From Candidatus Dadabacteria bacterium (lineage in GTDB: Bacteria; Desulfobacterota_D; UBA1144; Nemesobacterales; CSP1-2): DNA of 64,000 nt. A program made the translations under genes and the position numbers. Positions 1 to 10,052 of this stretch are shown one piece after another (positions within the stretch are counted from its first letter, which is position 1; every line of letters starts with the position of its first letter). Location: the NCBI GenBank assembly GCA_963805855.1, contig CAWDVW010000005.1, forward strand, positions 608,001 to 672,000. The letters run 5' to 3'. Below the pieces are notes generated by a model. That model was given only the letters and a program-made list of their open reading frames with translations, searched no databases and was not told where the DNA came from.

Positions 1-518
1 TTGCGGAGTTTTGCTTCAAGAACCCTAACCTGCGTCTTAGCATTATCTAGAGTTTGCGGACTAATTATCCCCTTAGCAAACAATTCCTCTTGCCTTTTTA
101 ATTCCCTCTTCGCATTATCCAAATTGGAAGCTATTTCGTCCCTTTGCGCCCTAAGCTCCTGGTTTTCGAGCCTTGCAACCAGCTCGCCCTCCTTAACCTT
201 TTGTCCCTCCTCGAGGTTTATCCATGAGATTCGGCCAACCGACTTCGGTGAAATTTCTGCCTTCTTTCTGGCTATCACATACCCACTGGATGTGAGCACA
301 GTCGATGCTTCTGAAGCGCTCACTCGGCTCACACTGGCGGTAGATACTTGAGGATTTAAAAATGGAATCTCATCCAGTAACCAAAGAACCGATATGGTAC
401 AAATAACAACCAGAACTAATAGTACGATCAAATATCTTGAGCGATTTCGTCCTGATGAAGGTTTGTTGCGATTTATCCTAAGAGAAGAAACATCAATACG
501 CTTTTCATCAGATTCCAT
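1..518 (-). CDS. Efflux transporter periplasmic adaptor / membrane fusion protein (MacA/HlyD-like); runs off the left edge
   Basis: Not in the ORF track. Manual translation from ATG at 518 (GGAGAG RBS upstream) gives MESDEKRID...YLIVLLVLVVICTISVLWLL (TM anchor)...LTSSGYVIARKKAEISPKSVGRISWINLEEGQKVKEGELVARLE (lipoyl half-motif), then a coiled coil. Confidence 0.85.
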   Translation of the reverse strand, partial: MESDEKRIDVSSLRINRNKPSSGRNRSRYLIVLLVLVVICTISVLWLLDEIPFLNPQVSTASVSRVSASEASTVLTSSGYVIARKKAEISPKSVGRISWINLEEGQKVKEGELVARLENQELRAQRDEIASNLDNAKRELKRQEELFAKGIISPQTLDNAKTQVRVLEAKLR

Positions 519-1190
519 TTATAAACTCTCCAGTAAAACTAATTGAGAATTATCGAGTTATCAATTCAAATCAGATGGTTACGATAAATCCAGCCACTTC
601 AAATATATTTCTACAGTTTATCGCTTTATCACTCGGCGAGTCGCCTGCAATTTCTGATGTAGCTAAGTACATGTATCGAGCATGTCGAGTGTATCGCGTT
701 TAACTCTTGATTATATTAAATTAGAATGATGACTTATTTCTCCGCCTACAGAAATTTCAATAAACAACGTCAATCTTATCTCATACGTAGCAATTGAGTT
801 ATAATAAATATACCCTCTTTTTCCTAACATGTAATCGCAGTGGTGAGATTATATTGGCGTGGGAATATTAATTTTGACGAGCAGGAATCCACAAAAATTA
901 ATAACACCGTGGTAGAGCCGAAGAGTAGTGAAAAATTACAAACTAACTGCTTGTTTTAACACTTATCATTATATAGCGCATTCTTAGCTCTCTTAACCTG
1001 AATCATTGTCAAATCTTAAAATCGTTATGTCTTAAACCCCAAATAGTTTGCATTCCACAAGTAAATCTGTGGGGTATTCCACCGGTATTTTAATGGATTA
1101 TGACCGTTTCTTTGTAGGCTTGTATTTTTAAATATCGATGGTAACATAAGACCTGTATTCAAGGAAATTCAGTAAGGAAAGTCAATAACT

Positions 1191-2228
1191 ATGAGGATGG
1201 AAATGCCGAGCACGGGATTGTCTAGTGTGATTGCTGGTGTCGGTTCTTTTTTGCCAGATCAGGTCATAACAAACAAGAAGGTCGATGAGAGGCTAAATGG
1301 TTTTAGCTACATGAACGTGGGTAACATGATAGAAAATATCACCGGGATAAAAGAACGCAGATATGCCCGGGAAGATGTTCATTGTTCGGACCTAGCCACT
1401 TATGCAGCTCAAGATGCACTTAATAATGCTGGACTTAAACCTGATGATTTAGACGCTATCCTATTCACTTCCTGCAGCCGAGACCTTGGAGAACCCGCAA
1501 CCGCTTGTATAATTCAGCACAAATTGGGGGCGTACAATGCGCAAAGGGTAATGGATGTCTCAAATGCATGTAATAGCTTTCTATCTGGACTGGACATAAT
1601 GAATTCTCTTATATCCATGGGACAGGCTAAAACAGGATTGGTTGTGTCAGGTGAGAAGCTAAGTCCGTTTGTAAATTGGAATTTGAAGGATCAATCTGAG
1701 CTAAAGAAGGGGTTCGCCGCACTGACCCTTGGAGATGGTGGTGGCGCAGTTGTTCTTACTGCAAAGAATGGAAACAACAATGAAGGAATACTCAGTTCGC
1801 ATTTTTTTTCGGACGGTAGTAAGTGGGAACTGAGTGTGGTAATGGGAGGTGGATGTATATCTCCCAGAAACCCAGAGGCTTACTATTTTATTTGCGATGG
1901 TCTTAAACTTAACAGCCTGGCGTTAAAACACGTACCGGATGCGATTAGTAAGGCATTGGAAAAGTCCGGTTACCAACTTAATGATATAGATCTCGTCATA
2001 CCTCATCAAGTCTCTTTGTCTGTAATTGAGCATATCGCTAGATTAATTAGTTACCCTATAGAGAACATTATGGTAACCCTGGATGCTTATGGTAACAATG
2101 GTGCAGCCAGTGTTCCAATAGCTTTGAGCAAGGCGATCCAAGACGGGCGAGTGGGTAAAGGTAGCCTCATATTACTTGTCGTTGGCGCGGCTGGTTTTAG
2201 CGCGGGATCGATGGTCATAAGGATTTAA
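1191..2228 (+). CDS. 3-oxoacyl-ACP synthase III family condensing enzyme (OleA-like)
   Basis: TGIKERR, DVSNAC (catalytic Cys), PHQVS, YGNNGAASVP. RDLGEPATA and ALTLGDG resemble OleA-type rather than canonical FabH motifs. Confidence 0.85.
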   Translation: MRMEMPSTGLSSVIAGVGSFLPDQVITNKKVDERLNGFSYMNVGNMIENITGIKERRYAREDVHCSDLATYAAQDALNNAGLKPDDLDAILFTSCSRDLGEPATACIIQHKLGAYNAQRVMDVSNACNSFLSGLDIMNSLISMGQAKTGLVVSGEKLSPFVNWNLKDQSELKKGFAALTLGDGGGAVVLTAKNGNNNEGILSSHFFSDGSKWELSVVMGGGCISPRNPEAYYFICDGLKLNSLALKHVPDAISKALEKSGYQLNDIDLVIPHQVSLSVIEHIARLISYPIENIMVTLDAYGNNGAASVPIALSKAIQDGRVGKGSLILLVVGAAGFSAGSMVIRI

Positions 2229-2256
2229 CGGATTAGAAAAGTTGGGAACATCTACT

Positions 2257-2650
2257 TTAATTATTCTCTTCCTTAAGAGGGAAGCCTATCACAGGCCAAT
2301 TTTCTAAATCAATCTTAGCCATCGACTCTTGTATCTTTTCATTGCACAATTCAAAAATTTTAGGGTGAGTTTCCTTAGGTCTATATTTAGCTTCCTTTCC
2401 CGGATACCTCATTTGGCATTCCAAATTCCCCTAGCCTTGAGGTTATAGAATCACTTCCAACGAGTAATTGTAGGAATTCAAACAGCTTGGTTAGTGAAGC
2501 ACGCGGTTCGAGTATTAGAGTAGAGAAGTCTAAAAAGCAAGACCTGTCCTCAAACCGCAGGTTATTCAACCTCCTTGACGCATTCTCTATCCATTTAAAG
2601 TAGCGCTCGGCTATTTCAATTGGATCTGGCTCCCGAATATGTATATCTAG
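2257..2650 (-). pseudogene. Frameshifted 3' remnant of a sulfotransferase paralogous to 5374..6558
   Basis: Reads ...KWIENASRRLNNLRFEDRSCFLDFSTLILEPRASLTKLFEFLQL...LGEFGMP, then in another frame PKETHPKIFELCNEKIQESMAKIDLENWPVIG. Matches QWIERA...CYLDFSTLIMEPRSSLRRLFEFLEL...LEELGMP...PEESLTAIEDICRERL...DWNDWEVIG of the intact gene; the N-terminal part is missing. Confidence 0.8.
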
Positions 2651-3091
2651 TGATCTTTTTTTTAAATCCTGTCTTCAACCGTGGAAAAAAGAGATTTTAA
2701 TTTGTTGAATACTGTCGAAGAGGCGTCCGAACATCGGTAAAATTTTCCATTAAATATTTCCTCAAACAGATTAAATCTGACTCGGTGCTTTCAATTCGAA
2801 AAACGATACTAATGTAAAAATTGCTATACGACAAGTTTTTGATGCAATAAAGAAACAAGACCATAAACCAACCGATGGTTATGATGCCTTCTGTTCAAAC
2901 AAGCAGTTGAAACCAGTCAATCCTGACTGCCCACCAACATATAATATTTTCCCTTATAGAGATTTTTTATTATAATTCTTTGGACATCCATACCGGGGAA
3001 AACGGTAATTTGTTACACCGGTGGTAAGGTATTTAATCAAGATGAAATTAGCCGGACAGCAGCACGACGTAATCGAAGGCTTAGGTGTAAA

Positions 3092-3778
3092 TTGATAATT
3101 AAGAGCTTAATTTGGATTTTCTTTATAATTGTCGTAATCGGGGGATTGTTATTTGGCTTTGCTGGCCGTCTAGATTGGCAAGAGGCATGGATCTTTATGG
3201 TAACCCTATTTGTTTGCCTTTCCGTTGACTACCTCATAATTCTTAAAACAAATCCTGAAGTCATTGGAGAGCGGATGACCTGGACGCGATTCCAAATCGA
3301 TAGAGGTGCTAAAAGGTGGGATGTTTTTGTAACCTCCGTCCATACACTTTTTATTCTAGCCACGGTTGTTATTGCTGGTTTTGATGAACGTTATGGTTGG
3401 CCGGGATCACTCGGTCCTGGATGGCTTTATTTAGGACTAATGCTGTTCGTAATTGGAAACCTGTTCTTTATTTGGGGAATGTCGTCAAACAAGTATTTCT
3501 CGAAGCAAGTCCGTATACAGACTGAACGTGGTCATAAGGTCGTGACTTCGGGTCCCTATAGGATTGTGCGTCATCCCGGCTATCTTGGCTGGTCTGTGAT
3601 GTGGATGGGAACCCCTTTAATTCTCAACTCACCTTGGGCTTTTATTCCCGCAGTTTTATCTATTGTCTTGATTGTGATTAGGACTGCCCTGGAGGACGGT
3701 ACGCTTCGAAAGGAACTTCCCGGATATTTGGAATACGTATCTAGGGTTCGTTTCAAGCTTATCCCCGGGGCTTGGTAA
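3092..3778 (+). CDS. Isoprenylcysteine carboxyl methyltransferase (ICMT/PEMT) family membrane protein
   Basis: Multiple TM segments; HKVVTSGPYRIVRHPGY and EDGTL...GYLEY...VRFKLIP motifs; TTG start. Confidence 0.85.
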   Translation: MIIKSLIWIFFIIVVIGGLLFGFAGRLDWQEAWIFMVTLFVCLSVDYLIILKTNPEVIGERMTWTRFQIDRGAKRWDVFVTSVHTLFILATVVIAGFDERYGWPGSLGPGWLYLGLMLFVIGNLFFIWGMSSNKYFSKQVRIQTERGHKVVTSGPYRIVRHPGYLGWSVMWMGTPLILNSPWAFIPAVLSIVLIVIRTALEDGTLRKELPGYLEYVSRVRFKLIPGAW

Positions 3779-3990
3779 CGGTAAAAGAATACCGAGTTTT
3801 ATTAAGTTCTCTCTGAAATGTGGAGATCATGAGTAGCCATTAATTTGAGGACACAAATTTCTTGAAAACCTGGGCATATGTGCATATTGAGTTTGATTTA
3901 GTACTCCCGAGTTAAGTCAATTTTCGTTATCTTATTACTACACGAGAGTTCATTAGATATTCGATTGAGCAGGGAATACTCATAGAACCC

Positions 3991-4083
3991 CCGGTAACCT
4001 GCACTATCGGTTTTCCTGGCCGGCAGATGGCTGTAAAATTGGCACAGCACAGTTGGAAGGTCGAAATTCTATTAAGAAAACCG
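3991..4083 (+). pseudogene. Possible decayed N-terminal fragment of an extended SDR gene
   Basis: Reads PVTCTIGFPGRQMAVKLAQHSWKVEILLRKP, similar to LVTVDPGFLGSYIVKKLVQRGERVRILLRKT at the start of the neighbouring SDR; no start codon or continuation. Confidence 0.35.
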
Positions 4084-4198
4084 CGGTCTTCAACCATAAG
4101 ATTAGGTATCTTTACCCCGGATTGCTTCGGCAATATCAAGTTACAAGAATGAGTTTAGAAGACTGCGGCAATCCTTGCGTTGGCTGAGAGAGCCTGCC

Positions 4199-5185
4199 TC
4201 AAGAATCGAGGTACCCGTTATCTCTAAGCCACCGTACTATTCTCTCTAAACTTTCTTCAATCGAAGTTGGGCGAAAACCGAGCTCCTTCACTGCCTTAGA
4301 ATTGTCGAAATACCAATGGAGGGCTGCTGATTTTACCGAATCTACATCCAGAGTAACATACCTCGGAGATGGCAACCTGAAAACCCGCTCGGCAAAAAAA
4401 GCCACGGTAATCGCTAAAGAATAAGGTATCTTCCTCCTTGGGCGTGGAATCCCTGTAATCTTCTCCATCAGACTAAAAACCCCCTCGAGGCTAAAGTTCC
4501 TGTTTCCCAAGATATAGCGCTGACCCACCCTCCCCCTCTCTGCTGCCAATATGTGACCCTCTGCGACATCATCCACATCAACGAGATTTAAGCCGCCATC
4601 CATGTAGCCCCGTAATTTCCTTTTACAATACCAAAGGATTGTGCCAGTAGAGACGATTTTCATGTCCGGTCCTATGATCACCGTGGGATTGACAATAACG
4701 ACAGGTAAACCCTTGTCGTAAAGTTTCAGAGCCTCTTTTTCAGCACGGTGTCGTGAGTTCGCGTACTGAATACCCATGTGCTCTATCGTAAAAGGAGTTT
4801 CCTCATTGGCAATACCTCCACTCGGGTCTATCCCAACCGAAGATGCACTACAGGTATAGACGACTTTTTTTACTCCTGACTCCAAAGCAGCTGAAAGTAC
4901 ACTAACTGCTCCTTTCACATTTATATCTTCCATGATCCTGTAGTCCGCTCTTTTAGACGACACAAAGCCTGCGACGTGGAACAAGGTATCACATCCCCTG
5001 AGAGCATCTCTTACTGAGTCCCTCTCTAGTATGTCGCCGTAGACCCTTTCGATATCAAGACCTTGAATCATCGGCACCTCACTAGTCTTCCTGAGCAGGA
5101 TTCTTACGCGCTCCCCTCTTTGCACAAGCTTTTTCACAATGTATGAACCCAAGAAGCCCGGGTCAACGGTAACGAGGATAGCCAT
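4199..5185 (-). CDS. NAD-dependent epimerase/dehydratase family (HpnA/dihydroflavonol reductase-like), degenerate motifs
   Basis: Extended SDR sequence (GDIL, FHVAG, VDVDDVAEGH, GQRYILG). GxxGxxG appears as VDPGFLG and YxxxK as YANSR. Confidence 0.85.
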   Translation of the reverse strand: MAILVTVDPGFLGSYIVKKLVQRGERVRILLRKTSEVPMIQGLDIERVYGDILERDSVRDALRGCDTLFHVAGFVSSKRADYRIMEDINVKGAVSVLSAALESGVKKVVYTCSASSVGIDPSGGIANEETPFTIEHMGIQYANSRHRAEKEALKLYDKGLPVVIVNPTVIIGPDMKIVSTGTILWYCKRKLRGYMDGGLNLVDVDDVAEGHILAAERGRVGQRYILGNRNFSLEGVFSLMEKITGIPRPRRKIPYSLAITVAFFAERVFRLPSPRYVTLDVDSVKSAALHWYFDNSKAVKELGFRPTSIEESLERIVRWLRDNGYLDS

Positions 5186-5373
5186 ATTTTTTGCTCCTAC
5201 GCCGCTCCTGTAGTTACAATTCAGTACAACTGAAGAACCAATTTAATTTTTCTATGGAACGTTTTTTCTAGTGTACCATTTCCGGCATATAATGTGCATT
5301 CTAAGCGACAGAGTGACAATCGTGCACTTGGAGGATCCATACTAGTAATGCTATCTTTCGGCAGCTAGGAAGA

Positions 5374-6558
5374 TTATTCTCCGGGAACTGGACCAATTAC
5401 CTCCCAATCATTCCAGTCCACCGCAATTGAGCACTGGTGCAAGCGTTCACGACAGATATCCTCAATAGCAGTAAGACTTTCTTCGGGAATATGATCGAAC
5501 TTCGGTTCCGGCATGCTCAAAGGCATACCAAGTTCCTCTAACTGTGCGAGGATAGTCTCGCCCTCATTAGGCAACTCCAGGAACTCGAAAAGGCGACGCA
5601 GGGAAGAACGCGGCTCCATAATAAGAGTCGAGAAGTCAAGGTAACAGCGCGCGGCAGATGAACCCAATTTCGTCATATCCATTAGCGCTCGCTCAATCCA
5701 TTGAAGGTGATCTTTGGTCATAGCCAACGAGTCCGGTGGCCTATATTTAAGATTCACCATCTGGTTTGCAAGCTTCATGAAATAGCTTAGGTCGTGTTTG
5801 TCGAAGGACCGATTTTTCCCTACCAATCGATGATAGAAGTGCGAAGGAGCTATTGCCATTTCCTTCCATGTCTCGATGAACTTCATTTTTGAATTGACAG
5901 AAGCTACAGGATTCCGATGGAGATAAATAAATCGTGCATCTGGAAAAAGCGCGATGACATCTGGCACGCGAATCGTAAGATATGGAACTTTCCACAGGAA
6001 ACGTGTTTTGTGTTCCAAATATAAGAGCTTCTGCATGTAGTTTTTTATGTCGCGCAAACTCGTTGGGTTGTATACAACTAACTCTTTATTGAAATAGCGC
6101 AAGATGAGGCCCTGCGCCTCCTGCGGGGTATCAATGCCGACAATAATTCTATCGGCCCTTCGATTGGTGCGACCACGAATGAGCGGACACAAAAACTTCT
6201 TCGCCAGAATGGGCGCCAAGTCAAACATGTCAGAATAGGTTCTTGGCGTCGCAACGGCTGAGTGGAGGCTGAGCACTTGCTGGAGTATTGTAGTTCCCGA
6301 GCGGCCGGGCCCAATGATGAAGATAGGCTTCCTAAGCTCAATCTGCTCCCAGTTGTTTTTGTAGAATTGGTCTTCGACACTTGAGAAAAACACCTTTAAC
6401 TTAGCTACCAAGGAGTTAAAGGCATGTTCGTTTTGAAAATACGCATAGGCGAGGTACCAGTACAGGCGATATTTCCATGTAGGTGTTTTTTGATTCGGCT
6501 TCATATATCCGGATTGAATGTAAACACGTGTTAAACGATTAACCTTGATTAATACCAC
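5374..6558 (-). CDS. PAPS-dependent sulfotransferase family protein
   Basis: PIFIIGPGRSGTT (5'-PSB loop) and FPDARFIYLHRNPVASVNS (3'-PB motif); the true start may be the downstream Met (MKPNQK). Confidence 0.85.
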   Translation of the reverse strand: MVLIKVNRLTRVYIQSGYMKPNQKTPTWKYRLYWYLAYAYFQNEHAFNSLVAKLKVFFSSVEDQFYKNNWEQIELRKPIFIIGPGRSGTTILQQVLSLHSAVATPRTYSDMFDLAPILAKKFLCPLIRGRTNRRADRIIVGIDTPQEAQGLILRYFNKELVVYNPTSLRDIKNYMQKLLYLEHKTRFLWKVPYLTIRVPDVIALFPDARFIYLHRNPVASVNSKMKFIETWKEMAIAPSHFYHRLVGKNRSFDKHDLSYFMKLANQMVNLKYRPPDSLAMTKDHLQWIERALMDMTKLGSSAARCYLDFSTLIMEPRSSLRRLFEFLELPNEGETILAQLEELGMPLSMPEPKFDHIPEESLTAIEDICRERLHQCSIAVDWNDWEVIGPVPGE

Positions 6559-6911
6559 AAAAACTGCGCCACGCCAATAGTCTCAACGTCGGATATCTCA
6601 ACGCTGGAAATCCCTCCCACCTGTCACTCGCGCGATTCTTAAGTAGGACTCCAGTCTTGCACTCGTTCTGTATTTTCGAGGAGTTTTATCCCGAAGCAAT
6701 TCCCTACCTAGCTCAAAATAGAGATTACTTCGACTTATTTGACAGATGGCGTCTGGTTGAATGTTATCGCTGAGCACCTGCAGTGGCCTGCGAAACCGAT
6801 TTTACACGGACTGACACCAGGTAGCAAGTGTTCGTGGCCGTTCTCGACATTGAGTTTTCCAGCTTTTCTAGTAAATATAATACCTGCAATTAACGTGGGG
6901 AGATTAAGCTT

Positions 6912-7901
6912 ATGAAAGCCTATGTTACGGGTGCAACCGGTTTTATCGGAGGACACCTTGTAAGAAGATTAGTCGAACGGGGTGATATTGTAAAAGCCCT
7001 GATCAGAGACCCCGCTAAGGGGGAGCCTCTGAAGAAACTTGGTGTGGAGCTCGTGATCGGAGACATTCTGGATAAGTCCTCATTCGAGAATACCATGGCA
7101 GGCTTCGATGTCCTCTATCACTTGGGAAACGTTGCAAGGTGGTGGCTTCCACAAAAAAGCCTTTTCTACAAAGTAAATGTAGAGGGCACAACTAGCATTT
7201 TCTCTGAAGCCCTGAGGGCCCAGGTCCCTAAAGTAATTTATGTAAGTAGCCTTGCGACGGCCGTGGAAAGAAAAGGAGATATGATCACAGAGGAAACAGA
7301 ACAAATAGGGAAGCTTAGCAGCAATTACTCCAGGTCGAAGTGCCTTGGCGAGAAAGAGGCATTCAGAATGTGTAGAGAAGAAGGCTTGCCCCTCATAGTC
7401 CTAAACCCCGGAGTTGTATTCGGCCCCGGTGACCTAAAGCAGTCGGGTAAGACGCTGATAGATTTTATGAATGGAAGATTCCCCGCCATGATGTTTGAAG
7501 ACAGCTACGTTCCTCTTGTCTATATAGAAGACACGATTGATAGCCATATCCTTGCTCTGGAAAAAGGTAAGACAGGAGAGAAGTACATCATAGTGGGTTA
7601 TAACCTCACTGTGGGAGAGCTATTTAGACAGCTTAGCGAAATAACCGGCGTTCCTGTCCCAGAGCGGAAGATATCTCCAACATTAGTAAGACTAATCGCG
7701 TACGTGTCGGAGCTCCAATCGTTTCTTACTAAGAAGCCCCCAAAGCTTACGATCGATATGGTGAGGGCGATGGAAACCGGAGCTAGGGGAGACAGTACAA
7801 AGGCCAGGGAAGAGCTTGGCCTTGAGTTTACACCTTTAAAGGAATCACTAATAAAAACCATTACGTGGTATCGCGAGAACGGGTACGCTACACCTGTTTA
7901 G
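6912..7901 (+). CDS. NAD-dependent epimerase/dehydratase family (HpnA/dihydroflavonol reductase-like)
   Basis: VTGATGFIG, YSRSK catalytic motif, NPGVVFGPGD. Confidence 0.9.
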   Translation: MKAYVTGATGFIGGHLVRRLVERGDIVKALIRDPAKGEPLKKLGVELVIGDILDKSSFENTMAGFDVLYHLGNVARWWLPQKSLFYKVNVEGTTSIFSEALRAQVPKVIYVSSLATAVERKGDMITEETEQIGKLSSNYSRSKCLGEKEAFRMCREEGLPLIVLNPGVVFGPGDLKQSGKTLIDFMNGRFPAMMFEDSYVPLVYIEDTIDSHILALEKGKTGEKYIIVGYNLTVGELFRQLSEITGVPVPERKISPTLVRLIAYVSELQSFLTKKPPKLTIDMVRAMETGARGDSTKAREELGLEFTPLKESLIKTITWYRENGYATPV

Positions 7902-8005
7902 GTCTAGGTTATAAATATGTGCCGACAGCATCAATCATCTTGTAATTTCTGACCGTCCCCCGTGCGCGAGAATATACGCTATAACACACGTGATCCAGGC
8001 AGAGA

Positions 8006-9790
8006 TTATTTTAAGCTTAAAAGCTCCCAGCCGCCCTCTGGTGAAATGTTAAATGGATTAGCTGTGCCAATATATAGTGCATCATCACCATCTTGAGCGT
8101 CCTCGTCTGATACCATGTTCCTGACACCATAATTAAGAGGATTTCCAAATCCGTCCAGCGTTACAGTCTCCGCGCCTGAACTTAAATCACTGAATCTAAA
8201 AAGATCGGCACCATATGGGCTCTCGGGATTATCTGTCAGCAGAATGCTAGCGTCGAAGGTCGCAAGATAAAGCCGGTCCTTATAGACAGCCATAGCCCAA
8301 GTATATGCGTTATTGGGATTGTCTATCCCAGATTTGCCGAAAAGAGGAATCAAGGAGCTATTGTTTTGCTTTTCTTCCCACTCACCCACGGAAGAGTCAT
8401 AAACGGGTAAAGAGGTTTCGCCGTAAAGGAGCTCAATCTCAGGCGTACTATCAAAGTTTCGTCCCCGAAGCAGCGCTAGGGCACGGTTGCTATTGTTAAA
8501 CGCTTCTTCTTGCCTGATAGAACATTCCGGGTCAGAAGAACAATTAGCGCCAAGCAAGTCGATCTCAAAAAAAACAGAATGGGCAAGAAATCCCGCTGTT
8601 GTAAGATGCAGAGTACCCCACCAAAGTCTACCGTCAAATGAAGCTAAATCACCCACAGCATAAGTTGCAGCAATAACGGGATCCGGTTCGTATTCACTCG
8701 CGTCCCAAACCTTAACCCAATCGTTAAGGTTGCCATTGGTCAAACCCTCTGGCGGTATGACAGAACTCATAAAAATTGCAGCGCGTGGAAATGAATCTAA
8801 AGCGGATAAGTCGAATGATAGTGATGATATGGAATGTATGTTTGGCCATGTACCAACATATAATCTTCCATCGTGAAACGCCATGGCAGCTCCAATTGTA
8901 TCAAGCTTCCCCACCTCTTCCCACTTCAAAGGATCCGATAAATCTCCCCTATAACGGAGAACTCTTCCACCTCCCAATGGATTTTCGTCATCACTCGATT
9001 TTCCGACCGCGGAATAGAGAACTCCATTAACCACCAATGCCTTTCTCGCATCATTATATTCGGGGAAGTTTTTTGCGGCCAAACATAACTTAGTTTTGCC
9101 GTCGAATGCAAACATATTCAAACCACTAAGCAAAGAAGGGCCTGCAAGAATTACAATTGAAAAGTCTCCATTGTCAATACTGCCTCCTTGACGTAGACCC
9201 AGAGTCGTTGCCAAAAGTTCAGTTCCACCGGCACAGTTATCCACTGAAACATCTTGAATAATGCCTGTACCAGAGTCGTAAATCTTGATTTGCGGACTTC
9301 GATGGTCTCCTAGTTCAGGATCTGGCTTTGCCGAAGCGACCTTACTTTCTCCATACTCACAGGCAACGATATCTTCAAGACCAGACGCCTGAGCGCCAAT
9401 TTCAACTGTGGATTGTATTACAGAACCTGCTACACATAGAGAATTTGCAAGCGTCCCAAACCAGACATCCTTGCCCAGCTTGGTTAGCGCCCATATATAC
9501 GATTGGTCGGTCTTGGAAACGCATTCTGTTAGCGGGGGTGCAGGCGTCAGATCAGTGCAGTCACCTGTAGCAGAGCTACTGATCGGCCCATTGTCTCCCG
9601 CGCCTATTCCGCAAAAACATTCGTCTGGCTGGGCCTTGGCTAGAGTCTCTATCTCGGATGAAGAAGAATCACCATCATTAGAGCCATCCCCTCCTTGATC
9701 ATTGCAGGCCGTCGAAATTGCAAACACAAATAATAAGCCCATGAATGTTGTTAATTCAAAGCACCTGCGCATAAATTGAAGATAAAACAT
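8006..9790 (-). CDS. Hypothetical lipoprotein, probable beta-propeller
   Basis: 594 aa with AAGGAGG RBS and signal/lipobox ISTAC. Repeated 'W.M..+.G.L+.GT' blade-like motifs (YIWALTKLGKDVWFGT, AMAFHDGRLYVGT, YTWAMAVYKDRLYLAT). Confidence 0.7.
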   Translation of the reverse strand: MFYLQFMRRCFELTTFMGLLFVFAISTACNDQGGDGSNDGDSSSSEIETLAKAQPDECFCGIGAGDNGPISSSATGDCTDLTPAPPLTECVSKTDQSYIWALTKLGKDVWFGTLANSLCVAGSVIQSTVEIGAQASGLEDIVACEYGESKVASAKPDPELGDHRSPQIKIYDSGTGIIQDVSVDNCAGGTELLATTLGLRQGGSIDNGDFSIVILAGPSLLSGLNMFAFDGKTKLCLAAKNFPEYNDARKALVVNGVLYSAVGKSSDDENPLGGGRVLRYRGDLSDPLKWEEVGKLDTIGAAMAFHDGRLYVGTWPNIHSISSLSFDLSALDSFPRAAIFMSSVIPPEGLTNGNLNDWVKVWDASEYEPDPVIAATYAVGDLASFDGRLWWGTLHLTTAGFLAHSVFFEIDLLGANCSSDPECSIRQEEAFNNSNRALALLRGRNFDSTPEIELLYGETSLPVYDSSVGEWEEKQNNSSLIPLFGKSGIDNPNNAYTWAMAVYKDRLYLATFDASILLTDNPESPYGADLFRFSDLSSGAETVTLDGFGNPLNYGVRNMVSDEDAQDGDDALYIGTANPFNISPEGGWELLSLK

Positions 9791-10052
9791 AACGATCCTC
9801 CTTCAGTTCTTTAAATTGTTATCGATTGCTTTTTTTGAATTCTGAAGCCAAATAAAATCTGGCTATAAATCATAAAATGATACCATATTATACAAGATGT
9901 TATGAATGACAACCTAGGATATTTTGGCTCAGATTAAACTAACCGGAGCAGGCGACCGAATATTTGCTAATTAATCTTTTCTAATTCATGTTAAATTATT
10001 TCACAAACTGCGGTCTACCCAGTGCCCTGATCCGTCTTTTAACATATAGCTC

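Noticed and set aside
1-351. Plus-strand 116 aa ORF
   Set aside because: Antisense shadow of the minus-strand efflux adaptor gene
5282-5297. Sigma54-like GG-N10-GC motif (CGGCATATAATGTGCA)
   Set aside because: Points on the plus strand, opposite to both flanking genes; likely chance
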